Shown here: piece by piece, positions 40,966 to 50,887 of the stretch
Numbering within the stretch: position 1 is the stretch's first letter
Layout: each line of letters opens with the position of its first letter
Assembly: GCA_050951325.1 (NCBI GenBank)
Contig: JBMNIW010000006.1
Span: 81,036 to 145,035 of the forward strand
Length of the DNA stretch: 64,000 nucleotides
Source of the DNA: Clostridia bacterium
Lineage (GTDB): Bacteria > Bacillota > Clostridia > UBA1212 > DUPL01
Reading direction: 5' to 3'
Program-made: the position numbers and the translations under genes
Notes under the pieces: generated by a model
Database searches by the model: none
Seen by the model: only the letters and a program-made list of their open reading frames with translations
Told to the model about the DNA's origin: nothing

Positions 40966-41769
40966 ATGATCATGAAAAGAACAATAATAGTTTTGTTAAT
41001 GGCCGTTATAATGGTGCTGTCTTTATTCTCAGGATGTACAAAGAATGATGAGAATACACTATTGGTTGCAACAAATGCGGAATTTGCACCATGGGAGTTT
41101 CTCGAAGATGGCGAAATAGTTGGCTTTGATGCTGATTTGATCAAACTGGTTGCTGAAAAGATGGGCATGAAGATCAAATTCGAAAACATGGAATTTGACA
41201 GCGTACTGGTTTCAATTGCTTCAGGTAGTTGCGATGCAGCTATCGCAGGCCTTACTATCAACGATAACAGAAAGAAATCTGTTGACTTTTCCACCCCATA
41301 TTACATAGGAGCATCCCAGATTCTGATTGTAAGGGAAGATGACGATGTATTCACTGGCACAACCAAGGAAGAGCTTGACGAACAGCTGAAGAATAAAACC
41401 ATAGGTGTTTGTATTGCATTTACTGGCGAAGCATATGCCAAGGGAGATGACGAATGGGGCTTTAAAGGCATCGAAGGAGCCGATGTCAAGGTATATGACA
41501 ATGCAAGCACTGCCGCAGAGGATCTCAAAAACGGTACCCTTGATACAATCATTATGGACGACACAGTTGCATACAAACTTGTGGATACAGAAAGTTTTAA
41601 GGGAGTTCTGAGGGTTGTTGACATTCCTCTCACAACAGAAGCTTACGGGATAGCTGTAAAGAAAGGCAACAAAGAATTACTGGAGAAGATAGACAAGGCT
41701 TTGAAGGAACTTGAAGAAGAAGGAAAAATCAAGGAATTGTTTGAAAAGTGGAATATAGATCAAGAATAA
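40966..41769 (+). CDS. Polar amino-acid ABC transporter substrate-binding lipoprotein
   Basis: Lipobox FSGC; ATNAEFAPWEF, GFDADL, VDFSTPY, EAYGIAVKKGN. Confidence 0.92.
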   Translation: MIMKRTIIVLLMAVIMVLSLFSGCTKNDENTLLVATNAEFAPWEFLEDGEIVGFDADLIKLVAEKMGMKIKFENMEFDSVLVSIASGSCDAAIAGLTINDNRKKSVDFSTPYYIGASQILIVREDDDVFTGTTKEELDEQLKNKTIGVCIAFTGEAYAKGDDEWGFKGIEGADVKVYDNASTAAEDLKNGTLDTIIMDDTVAYKLVDTESFKGVLRVVDIPLTTEAYGIAVKKGNKELLEKIDKALKELEEEGKIKELFEKWNIDQE

Positions 41770-41780
41770 AGGATATTTAA

Positions 41781-42479
41781 ATGTTTGACGATTTTTGGGG
41801 AAAGTTTCACAGGATATTTATAGTACAAGAAGGATACAAGGACATACTTGCAGGACTCGAGAATACCATAATCATTGCTCTGGGAGCTTTGATTTTAGGT
41901 ATATTGCTCGGAGTCATAACTGCTACGATAAAGATTCTTCCTAAAAAAGGTGTGTTAAAACGCACTCTACATCTAATTACAGATTTATACATAACCGTTA
42001 TACGCGGCACTCCCGTAGTGGTGCAGCTCCTTATAGCCTATTTCGGCATTTTTGCAAAACATAGAACAATCGACGCTATCACAGTAGCCATATTGGTTTT
42101 TGGTATTAATAGCGGTGCATATGTAGCGGAAATAGTGAGAGCTGGAATTCTTGCCGTAGACAAGGGACAAATGGAAGCAGGAAGGTCTTTGGGACTATCT
42201 TTTGGAACAACCATGTCAAAGATAATCCTTCCGCAAGCTATTAAGAACATCATTCCAGCATTGGGCAACGAATTCATTACACTGATTAAGGAGACATCGG
42301 TAGCAGGCTTTATAACAGTTACTGATGTAACCCGTGCAGCTAGAAGTCTTGCCGGCAAGCACTATGAGGCTGGTGTCATATACCTGGTTCTTGCGGTTGC
42401 ATACCTGGTGCTCGTGCTTGCTGCCACTGCCCTTGTCAACTTTATAGAAAAGGAGCTGAGGAAAAGTGATACGCGTTAA
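41781..42479 (+). CDS. Polar amino-acid ABC transporter permease
   Basis: [36 protein letters not shown]. Confidence 0.94.
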   Translation: MFDDFWGKFHRIFIVQEGYKDILAGLENTIIIALGALILGILLGVITATIKILPKKGVLKRTLHLITDLYITVIRGTPVVVQLLIAYFGIFAKHRTIDAITVAILVFGINSGAYVAEIVRAGILAVDKGQMEAGRSLGLSFGTTMSKIILPQAIKNIIPALGNEFITLIKETSVAGFITVTDVTRAARSLAGKHYEAGVIYLVLAVAYLVLVLAATALVNFIEKELRKSDTR

Positions 42480-43188
42480 TAACATACACAAGTCCTTTGG
42501 TGATTTGAAGGTACTCAAGGGAATAAACTACCACATAAAAAAAGGCGAAAAGATTGTGGTTGTTGGTCCTTCAGGTTCAGGCAAAAGCACCTTCTTAAGG
42601 TGCCTTAATCTATTGGAGGTTCCTGAAGAAGGAGAAATATTCTTTAAAGGTGAGAAAGTCAACTGTCCTGAATGCAATATTAATGAACTGAGAAGAAATA
42701 TTGGGATGGTGTTTCAACAATTCAATTTGTTTCCACACCTTACAGTACTTGAAAACATTACCCTGGCTCCTGTTACCCTCAAGTTACAAAGCAAGAGCGA
42801 TGCTGAAGAGAAAGCAAAAAACCTTCTTAAAAGAGTCGGCCTTCTTGACAAGGCCAAAGCATATCCCAATCAGTTATCCGGTGGGCAGAAACAAAGAATA
42901 GCAATAGTTAGAGCCTTGGCAATGAATCCAAGCGTCATGCTTTTTGATGAGCCAACCAGTGCACTGGACCCTGAGATGGTGGGTGAAGTTCTAGATGTTA
43001 TGAAACAGCTTGCCGAAGAAGGATTAACCATGTTTGTTGTAACTCACGAAATGGGGTTCGCAAGAGAAGTTGCTACAAAGGTTCTGTTCATGGACGAAGG
43101 TATGATTCTTGAAGAAGCAAGTCCTGATGAGTTTTTCTCAAACCCGCAGCATCCAAGATTAAAAGAATTCTTATCGAAAGTATTGTAA
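42466..43188 (+). CDS. Polar amino-acid ABC transporter ATPase (GlnQ-like)
   Basis: [36 protein letters not shown]. Confidence 0.95.
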   Translation: MIRVNNIHKSFGDLKVLKGINYHIKKGEKIVVVGPSGSGKSTFLRCLNLLEVPEEGEIFFKGEKVNCPECNINELRRNIGMVFQQFNLFPHLTVLENITLAPVTLKLQSKSDAEEKAKNLLKRVGLLDKAKAYPNQLSGGQKQRIAIVRALAMNPSVMLFDEPTSALDPEMVGEVLDVMKQLAEEGLTMFVVTHEMGFAREVATKVLFMDEGMILEEASPDEFFSNPQHPRLKEFLSKVL

Positions 43189-43195
43189 AAAAAAT

Positions 43196-43221
43196 GCTCC
43201 TCTGCATAACTCAAGAGGAGC
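43196..43221. terminator. Bidirectional intrinsic terminator
   Basis: GCTCCTCT-N10-AGAGGAGC flanked by A and T runs. Confidence 0.75.
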
Positions 43222-43230
43222 TTTTTTATT

Positions 43231-44727
43231 CTAATTCTTTTTTCTTAATACTAGAACAATTGTCACTATTCCAGCTACAATCGCCACGGAAGAAATTATA
43301 ATAATGATTGTATTTGAATCAATTCCCTTGTCGTGTTTTTCATCCTTGGTATTCCCTCCGTTATTCTCACCATTGTTCTCATCGCCGTTCTCATCATTGT
43401 CTCCAACCTCATCCGTTGGCTCAGGCTTCTGCTCAACATAGGACACTACAAGACAGTTCAGCACCTGCCTTTCAGCACCACCTTTGTCTGCAGGATTGTT
43501 TGCAACCTTGTACTCATTCTCATCCAGAACAACTGTCGTGGCAGATCCTCCACCATCAAATATGAAGGCATCAACAAGGTCCAGATCCTTGACAAGGTCC
43601 TTGTAAGAGGCAATTCCCACGCGGCCGCCATCATGCTTACTGGAACCGTATGTACCCATGATTATTTTTCCTTCCGAAGTGATTCCAATAAAAGCTGTAG
43701 GATAGGAACCACCAGGGGAAACATTTTGAAATCTTCCATTTACAACAAAGGGGATATGTCCACCGGTCGCAACCTTTGCTCTTCTCCACTCTTCTGTAAA
43801 TCTTCCGTTTTTGTCCCTTACATCAACCTTTATATTTATCTCATCCCCTATCTGGTAATCGGAGATTTTGGATACTCTTGAACCTCTTGCGGTAAGTATG
43901 ATCTTGTTTGAATTAGCTTCCATAACAGGATTGTCTTTATCTTCAGGTCCGTATATGGCAATAACTTTTCCCGTTATATCCGTTCCATGCTTTATGACAT
44001 AATCCGGCGTAGATGTAATGTCAATAACAACCTCAAAGGCATCATCCAGCGCATAATTGTTGGCACACCCTTTGTCAGTATACATGACAAGAGCATTGTT
44101 TGCCGGAAGTCTGTTTATTCCATCAGCTTTCGCATTTGTGTTCTTTGTCAAGTTCGTAATATTCACAGTTGCAGTAGGATTGGACAAGATAGGAATATTG
44201 TCCTCGGTAATTCCGAAACTCCAAAAATCACCTTCAAAAGGAGTTTCCTGCCGCATATGGGATGTGGATACTATTTCTCCGTCAATAACATTATATCCTC
44301 TAGGTAATGCCAAACCCTTCTTCACCACAGGATCGTTGTATCCACCATAGGAGGTTTCGCTGCCCAATACTCTGGAATGAGCATATGTAACCGTCCAAAG
44401 TTCTGCATTTATTGCAGCCAAAGCCTTCTTTCCATCCGTCCCGTTAAACTCCTTTATCATATCAGAAGTTCTCTTCCATGCATGGGTTATAAAAGGGCTG
44501 CCGTAAACATTATCAAAAACTATTCCTTCTTTTGAAAGGTCCACTTCTATCAGGTCAAACTGTACGTTGTTGTAATTCTTACCCGCCTTGATTTGAGTAT
44601 ACTTGACTCCGTCAGCAAGCTCCCTTTCAGCTGTGACCCTGTTATTCTCGCCGGTCAACGTATAAGCAAAAACACTCGAACATCCAACAATAGCGACAAT
44701 TAATAAAACAACTAGAATTTTTTTCAT
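43231..44727 (-). CDS. Phosphodiester glycosidase (NAGPA/DUF2233-like) surface protein with C-terminal TM anchor
   Basis: AAINA, TAFIGIT..G, AFIFDGGGSAT, NNPAD..ERQVLN; signal peptide. Confidence 0.75.
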   Translation of the reverse strand: MKKILVVLLIVAIVGCSSVFAYTLTGENNRVTAERELADGVKYTQIKAGKNYNNVQFDLIEVDLSKEGIVFDNVYGSPFITHAWKRTSDMIKEFNGTDGKKALAAINAELWTVTYAHSRVLGSETSYGGYNDPVVKKGLALPRGYNVIDGEIVSTSHMRQETPFEGDFWSFGITEDNIPILSNPTATVNITNLTKNTNAKADGINRLPANNALVMYTDKGCANNYALDDAFEVVIDITSTPDYVIKHGTDITGKVIAIYGPEDKDNPVMEANSNKIILTARGSRVSKISDYQIGDEINIKVDVRDKNGRFTEEWRRAKVATGGHIPFVVNGRFQNVSPGGSYPTAFIGITSEGKIIMGTYGSSKHDGGRVGIASYKDLVKDLDLVDAFIFDGGGSATTVVLDENEYKVANNPADKGGAERQVLNCLVVSYVEQKPEPTDEVGDNDENGDENNGENNGGNTKDEKHDKGIDSNTIIIIISSVAIVAGIVTIVLVLRKKN

Positions 44728-44963
44728 GTTTCACCCTCACACATTATATTTTTTTAATTATCTCACAAAAATCCTTTCATTACAAGAAATCAAATCTTAA
44801 TATAAATTCTCCGTCCTCAACATCCCCATCTCATAAAAGCCTTCCACAGACAGAACACAAACAACATTCTACTACTTTTTAGAAAAAATGTTATGATAAT
44901 TGAAAGATTTGCAGTACTTTTTTTGAAGTATATTAATGGGGGAAGAAAAAAGGAGGATATGGC

Positions 44964-45563
44964 TTGGATGAACTAATAGTTGACATACTAAAGAAAAACC
45001 CACAGAAGGGGTTAAAACTCATTATTGACCAATATACCGGATTAATTTACACAATATGCCATAACAAGCTTAAAGGAGTCATGTCTCACGAAGACATAGA
45101 GGAATGTGTTAGCGATGTTTTTGTTGATATTTACAAGCAGCGAGATATCATTGATCTTGCCGAAGGCTCGCTAAGAAGCTATTTGTGTGTCATTGCAAAG
45201 CGTAAAGCAATTAATTTATACAACTCGATGTCTTTAAAAAAGAATATTGCTGCAAAAAATGCAATACCTCTGGAGGACGACTTGCTGAACAAAGTGCAAG
45301 ATGAAAACCTCACCCCCGAAGAGATATACATAGAGTATGAAAACAGAATTGAAGTTGCCAAGGCCATAAGAGACTTGGGGGAACCAGACTGCGAGATACT
45401 TGTCAGAAAGTATTTCCTAATGGAAAGCTCAAAAAAAATAGCAGAGTGTTTTGGCATGAGTGCCAACGCAGTAGATATAAGGGTACATAGAGCTCTTAAG
45501 AAACTAAAAACAATGCTTGGAGGAAACGAAAGTGAAAAAAGAGAAACTGTCAAATCTATTTGA
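44964..45563 (+). CDS. ECF RNA polymerase sigma-70 factor
   Basis: TTG behind AGGAGG; region 2 (DIEECVSDVF, SYLCVIAKRKAIN); region 4 HTH (SKKIAECFGMSANAVDIRVHRALKKLK). Confidence 0.92.
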   Translation: MDELIVDILKKNPQKGLKLIIDQYTGLIYTICHNKLKGVMSHEDIEECVSDVFVDIYKQRDIIDLAEGSLRSYLCVIAKRKAINLYNSMSLKKNIAAKNAIPLEDDLLNKVQDENLTPEEIYIEYENRIEVAKAIRDLGEPDCEILVRKYFLMESSKKIAECFGMSANAVDIRVHRALKKLKTMLGGNESEKRETVKSI

Positions 45564-47253
45564 CGATCCTACTGTCGAAGAAACTGAAATTCTAGTTACT
45601 GATAATATTAAGACTGAGGAATTTGAATCCAGGAAAGGAATCATAACCAAAAAAGTATTGAAACAGATTCCGTCAGTTAAGAGAGTTTTTGTCGTGAGTA
45701 AAAAAGGTGTTTTTGCGGCAGCCGCTACAATAATTGCTCTATTTGTTATCTCACTTACAATAATTTTAGTCATGGATCGAGATCCAAGTAATGGTACAAT
45801 AATAAACAACCCAACTCCAACACCATCTATAACAAACCATATTACAACAACACCAAGTGTGATTCCGACAGCCACAGCGCCATCAACCACAAAGACGCCA
45901 GCACCTACAAAAACATCCACTCCAGCACCAGGAACTCCAACTGCAACAGCCGAGCCTACATCAGAACCCACTTCCACTCCTAAACCAACACCTTCTCCCA
46001 CCCCCATACAACCAAGAGAAGGTATTGAAAAAGACTGGCCGGATGATAATTGGGCACCCGCGAGCGCAACAGTATTTCTGGCAGATTATCCACCAGAATA
46101 CAGTTATTTTGATAACCGGTTTATGTTTGAGCTTCAAAATATTGTGAGTCAAAAAACAGTATTGGCTCTGGAGAAATTTTCGTATGGCACTGCATACGAG
46201 TTGTTAAAACAAGGAGGGAATGTAAACTACAGTCCATTAAGTCTGTACTTTGCACTGAGCCTGTGCGCTCAAGGTGCGGAAGGGGAAACTTTTGAGGAAC
46301 TCATGAATGTGTTGGGCCTGAACAATATGTCAAAAGAGTTCCTGATGGATGAGACAAGGAAATTGTACAACAGACTTTACATTGATCATGAGTTTGGAAA
46401 GTTAAAGATAGCAAACTCGGTCTGGCTGTCCAATCTTAATGGCGTTACCTATAAACAAACCTTTATTGACAACGCAAGACAGCATTTCTATGCAACCTTG
46501 TTCAGTGTGGATTTTACAGATGAAGATACAAGCAAACTAATGAAAAAATGGATATTTGACAACACCGAGGGAACACTTGCACCAGATTTTCCGCATGACC
46601 CTACAACCATATTTAAAATAATCAACACAATATATTATAGAAATCAATGGAACGAAGAGTTTGAAGAAGAAAACAACTATCTCGACAAGTTTTATGGATG
46701 CACTGAAACAACAGATATGGAGTTCATGAAAAGAACGGATGTGCAAGCAGAATACTATAAAGGCGAGGACTATACATGTACAACCCTGAGGGTTAAAGGC
46801 GGAAAGATGGTGTTCTTGCTGCCTGATGAAGGAGTCAGTATAGAAGACTTCCTGACCAGTCCGGGAAAACTGGAAGCAGCAATCAAATCCCCCACTATTT
46901 ATGCACCACTATTTGATGGGTATATGGTTACTTTGCATTTACCCAAGTTTGGATTTGAAAGCAAACTTGACCTGCTTGACATGGTCAAGAACCTAGGGCT
47001 GAATGATGCCTTTACAGATGTCGCAGATTTCTCAGCCATTACCGATATCGACTTGTTCTTGACCGATATTAAACAAGACACATATATTCAGGTTGATGAA
47101 AAAGGCATAACCGCATCAGCGGTAACCAATATCAGCGGTGGTATGGGTTCTCCAGAATGGATGGAAGTTGAAGTAAATCTGAACAGACCTTTTATTTACT
47201 GCATCATGCATGAAGAAAAAATGCCCATTTTCCTGGGCGTGTTTGCAAATTAA
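45532..47253 (+). CDS. Membrane-anchored serpin in the anti-sigma position (cytoplasmic N-domain, TM, PT stalk, serpin)
   Basis: GTG behind GGAGG, overlapping the sigma gene; serpin motifs YSPLSLYFALSLCAQGAEGET, INTIYYRNQW, LPKF, VDEKGITASAVT, LNRPFIY. Confidence 0.88.
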   Translation: MKKEKLSNLFDDPTVEETEILVTDNIKTEEFESRKGIITKKVLKQIPSVKRVFVVSKKGVFAAAATIIALFVISLTIILVMDRDPSNGTIINNPTPTPSITNHITTTPSVIPTATAPSTTKTPAPTKTSTPAPGTPTATAEPTSEPTSTPKPTPSPTPIQPREGIEKDWPDDNWAPASATVFLADYPPEYSYFDNRFMFELQNIVSQKTVLALEKFSYGTAYELLKQGGNVNYSPLSLYFALSLCAQGAEGETFEELMNVLGLNNMSKEFLMDETRKLYNRLYIDHEFGKLKIANSVWLSNLNGVTYKQTFIDNARQHFYATLFSVDFTDEDTSKLMKKWIFDNTEGTLAPDFPHDPTTIFKIINTIYYRNQWNEEFEEENNYLDKFYGCTETTDMEFMKRTDVQAEYYKGEDYTCTTLRVKGGKMVFLLPDEGVSIEDFLTSPGKLEAAIKSPTIYAPLFDGYMVTLHLPKFGFESKLDLLDMVKNLGLNDAFTDVADFSAITDIDLFLTDIKQDTYIQVDEKGITASAVTNISGGMGSPEWMEVEVNLNRPFIYCIMHEEKMPIFLGVFAN

Positions 47254-47621
47254 TACGCCTACCACGTTCGATGCTACAGGGATAAAAACACTTGTGAGAT
47301 CCAATGGCGAATCCATCTATCCGCATATAAATATTGTAAGTATAAAAACATGGAGTAACCTTGCAGAAGGCGATTGGCTTCAAGTCAGCAGCATGTCAGT
47401 AGCATATTTTTTAGAGGATGTTGCCGGACAATTACCCACCTTGATTTAAGAAGAGGATTTCTCCGTGGAATACAGCGCCAATGTTTCGTTTTACTTTGTA
47501 GACATTTACACAAGTGATTTTACCCGCATCCATCACTATAGAGAAAGGAAACTATGTCGAGGAAGCAGACGATTATGAAAGCGCAACCTTGGAATGTACA
47601 TTCACTTTAATAAAGAATTAA
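47243..47621 (+). pseudogene. Disrupted ORF remnant between the serpin gene and the terminator
   Basis: Coding-like frame broken by TAA at 47447-47449, continuing EEDFSVEYSANV..., then another frame ITIEKGNYVEEADDYESATLECTFTLIKN ending TAA 47619-47621. Confidence 0.45.
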
Positions 47622-47627
47622 ATCTTT

Positions 47628-47652
47628 AATGGGGCTGTCAGGCAGCCCCATT
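47628..47652. terminator. Intrinsic terminator closing the sigma-serpin unit
   Basis: AATGGGGCTG-TCAGG-CAGCCCCATT then TT. Confidence 0.75.
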
Positions 47653-47657
47653 TTGCT

Positions 47658-47861
47658 TTAAATACCAATACTGGAAATACTGTCGACAAATGCCTGCATT
47701 TCCGCCTTTGATTTGATTCCCCTGGTTCTGCCAATAACACTTCTTTGCTTGTCAGGACTCAATGAAGAGAAGTACTGCATGGAATTCATATTTTGTGCAA
47801 GAGCCATGGCAAAACCAATGGGGACTTCTCCATTTGTCAAATTTTTCTCCATTCCAGCCAC
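47658..47861 (-). CDS. Small conserved clostridial hypothetical protein
   Basis: PIGFAMALAQN...SKAEMQAFV pattern. Confidence 0.7.
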   Translation of the reverse strand: MAGMEKNLTNGEVPIGFAMALAQNMNSMQYFSSLSPDKQRSVIGRTRGIKSKAEMQAFVDSISSIGI

Positions 47862-47905
47862 CCCTGATTATTTTCCACACAAAAAAATATTATATCCATG
47901 AAAAA

Positions 47906-48214
47906 TCAAACCATTTTTAAGAGAGCTTTTTTACCTGGCATCCCTTTTGTTATTCCAAGTTTTTCAGCTTCATTAGTAACAGACTCCAAAGGAGCTTCAA
48001 GAAGTTCCTCGATAGTTCTAACTCCAACTGCTCTTCCCGCAATAATTTTCCTGTCTTTCAATTTTTCATTTAATAAAGAAACATCCAAAGCACCGCACAT
48101 GATATATCCTTTATCTGATGAAACAACAAGCAGGGTGGTTTTAGGAAGCTGTACAGAAACAGCAATAAATACATAACCATCCAGATTAATTGGTTTTACA
48201 TCAATCATCCGCAC
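47906..48214 (-). CDS. YunC/DUF1805 family protein
   Basis: LPKTTLL, GYIMCGALDV, AGRAVGVRTIEELL. Confidence 0.88.
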   Translation of the reverse strand: MRMIDVKPINLDGYVFIAVSVQLPKTTLLVVSSDKGYIMCGALDVSLLNEKLKDRKIIAGRAVGVRTIEELLEAPLESVTNEAEKLGITKGMPGKKALLKMV

Positions 48215-48253
48215 ATCCCCTTTCGTTTATAGATTATGCGTTTAAAAACAATA

Positions 48254-48281
48254 TTGCCACTTTGGAAAATTCTGATATAAT
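48254..48281 (+). promoter_or_regulatory. SigA-type promoter of the frameshifted lipoprotein
   Basis: TTGCCA-16 bp-TATAAT with TG extension. Confidence 0.6.
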
Positions 48282-48317
48282 TGCAATTAACACAGAATAA
48301 AAAGGTGCGTGATTCAA

Positions 48318-50274
48318 ATGAGAAAGCTGGTATTAATTTTAATACTTGTTATTGCATTAGTAACAACATCCTGCGGAATAGTTGCAGAAGACATCAGAAT
48401 CCCAAAAAAAAACCCCCGAAAAAACCGCTGAGAAAACCCCTGAGAAAACATATGGCAATTCAATTATCCCTCCATATCCTACACCTGTTAATACGTCACC
48501 AGACTTTGTAACAATAATGGATAGAACAGATACGTCAAAATCAAAAATAAAAAGGGAATTTTCAATTATGCTTGAAAAGAAATATATTGATCATTTTGTT
48601 GATGGTGAGTATGTCTATCTGTTAATGAGTGGTTCAACCAAAGACAATGTGATTTGGGTTTTCACAAACGGCACTTTTGAGACAGCGAGCACCTTTGAAG
48701 CACCAGAAAGCTCAAAACTCCTGTATGTGGAAGGAGATACCTTGTACATAGGAACATTCGACACAATCTACGAATATGACAAAAACACTTATGAGCAAAA
48801 AAAGAAACATACGATTAATGTCATGACGAACAACATGCTGGTATATAACGGGATTATATATATTTCCGCTGTTAGAACAGGTGGGCAGCACATAATCGCC
48901 ATACCACCAGAAGGTCCAGGCTTTTCTGCAAGGGTGGATAATACAGAAGGCATGTGTGTTAATAAGGATGAAGGCATTCTTTATGTAGCAGGAAAATCAA
49001 AGCTTTATGCTTTCAAGCTGGATAACCTGGAACTCATAAAAGAGATAGACCTCCCTCACAATCAGGAAAAGAAGATGGTCTTCTACGACAGTGGAAAAGT
49101 TTATACGGCAGGCTGCGTATATGACAGCAGCAATCTGGATAATTTTATAGCGTTGATCGAAATAAATCCAGCCAAAGAAAAAGAAACATATTATGCAGAC
49201 TCAAACTATGTTATTACAGAGGAAGGAGTCTTCGACAGCCAGACTCTTGACATAATAATGCCATTGGAACGAAAACTGCACCGCTGCTTTATAACCAGCT
49301 CAGGAAACGTTTTTATTATCCCGAGCCAATCAGGAACCATTATAGATATTCAAAACATAAATGATTACCTGGACGACATAAAAAGCAAAACTTTCTACAC
49401 AATTGTAGAAAAGGATGCATCCCTTGCCTGGAATGGAAAGCCCAAAATTACAAGCTACTTGCTGAATGATGAAGTGATTGACATGGCAGGAACAGACAAA
49501 ATATGCTACTTGGCAACATCCAATCAGAACAAGCTGATTGCCTTCAAGGTGGATACCATGGAAGTTGTTTTCTCTTTCCTGCTGCCTGGCGTTCCCGGCA
49601 GGTTGGTTATATATGATAGTGAGGCAATGATTTCCTTCCCTGATCTAAAAGTTATAAAATGCTATGATAGGACAACGGGCAAGTACTTAAGGGATATACC
49701 CCTTGAAAACCAGGTATACTCGTTTGCTGTACATGGCAGCTTTCTTTACTATACCATTAAAGGCTCATCATACATCTACAAACACAACCTTGGTGACAAC
49801 ACATCAATTTCCAAATCCGTCAGTTCTGATTTGGATTTCGTTATAAATGCGGAGGATGAAGTAATATATGCAACAAATGATCGTAATCTGTACGTTCTGG
49901 ATATGCATGAACTTAATATTTTCTCAATATTCAGTAGTGACAGCTATGCTGGCAAAAGCACAAGAACCGTATTCTATATAGACTACAAGATATATGCATT
50001 AGGCCATGCTTTTGATAAAAACGACACAACAAAACCAATAATGAATTATAGTACATCAAAAAGCGACATGAAGGTACTTTTCGCAGATAATGAATATGTT
50101 GTATGCATTGACGGCATCTACTCAAGAAAATCAGGCGAGCGGCTAATAACGATAGACCTGAATTTGCTAAATGCCTGGATCGAAAATGGATACTTTGTAG
50201 GCTTTGTAAAAGGATACACAAAATCCGGAAGCAAACTTTATGTTGGCTCCATGTCTTCAATGGTAAATGGATAG
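48318..50274 (+). pseudogene. Beta-propeller-like lipoprotein frameshifted at an A9 tract (phase-variable, pseudogene or read error)
   Basis: ATG 48318 encodes MRKLVLILILVIALVTTSC but stops at TGA 48429-48431; removing one A from 48404-48412 joins it to the long ORF ending at 50274. Confidence 0.8.
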
Positions 50275-50283
50275 AATACAAGA

Positions 50284-50306
50284 CGGCAAGTTCATACAAC
50301 TTGCCG
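50284..50306. terminator. Intrinsic terminator
   Basis: CGGCAAGTT-CATAC-AACTTGCCG between convergent genes. Confidence 0.65.
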
Positions 50307-50344
50307 CCTTGCATAGTTATGAGTAAGCTTTTTATCAAAGGTAT

Positions 50345-50875
50345 TCACTTTTTCAAGCCTTCACCGCTAATCTCCAGGTAAAACTGAGGCTCAAAATCTG
50401 AATCAACCTCTCCTGAAGCAAAATCCATATGCCTTATAACAACTCTGATAAATTCATCTTCGGTTCCCGGTTTATACTTTACACCGTCACTGTAAAAAGA
50501 ACCTTGCCATGCATGGTCATTATCAAGATAATCATTTAGTTTATCAACAAATGCATCAATTTGGTCCTCAGTTATCATGTTCCAGTAAATAGTTATAACG
50601 TTGCCATAGGACCTTTTGTCGCTCACTTTTGTAACTTTCCCCAGATTCGGAAAACCATCCGGCAACATTTCAGTTGGCCAATCCTCATTATATGTTGGAA
50701 CCGGATCTCCCTTCTTGTCTGTAGAAGCAGGAGTAGGCGTTGCATCCGTTTGATTCGTTTCTGTTTTTTCAGGTGTCTTGTTTTCACCGTTATTGTCATC
50801 AATATTAGATATACAAGCCGTCAAAGAAAAAGCCACAAAAATGAGAACGCACCATATGACAAATTTTTTAAACAT
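50345..50875 (-). CDS. Hypothetical lipoprotein
   Basis: Lipobox LTAC; T/P linker; WPTEMLPDGFP motif. Confidence 0.8.
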   Translation of the reverse strand: MFKKFVIWCVLIFVAFSLTACISNIDDNNGENKTPEKTETNQTDATPTPASTDKKGDPVPTYNEDWPTEMLPDGFPNLGKVTKVSDKRSYGNVITIYWNMITEDQIDAFVDKLNDYLDNDHAWQGSFYSDGVKYKPGTEDEFIRVVIRHMDFASGEVDSDFEPQFYLEISGEGLKK

Positions 50876-50887
50876 TCAATCAACTCC

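Noticed and set aside
48230-48258. SigK-like promoter (CATAATCTA) upstream of yunC
   Set aside because: The match is plausible but too short, and it overlaps the divergent SigA promoter.
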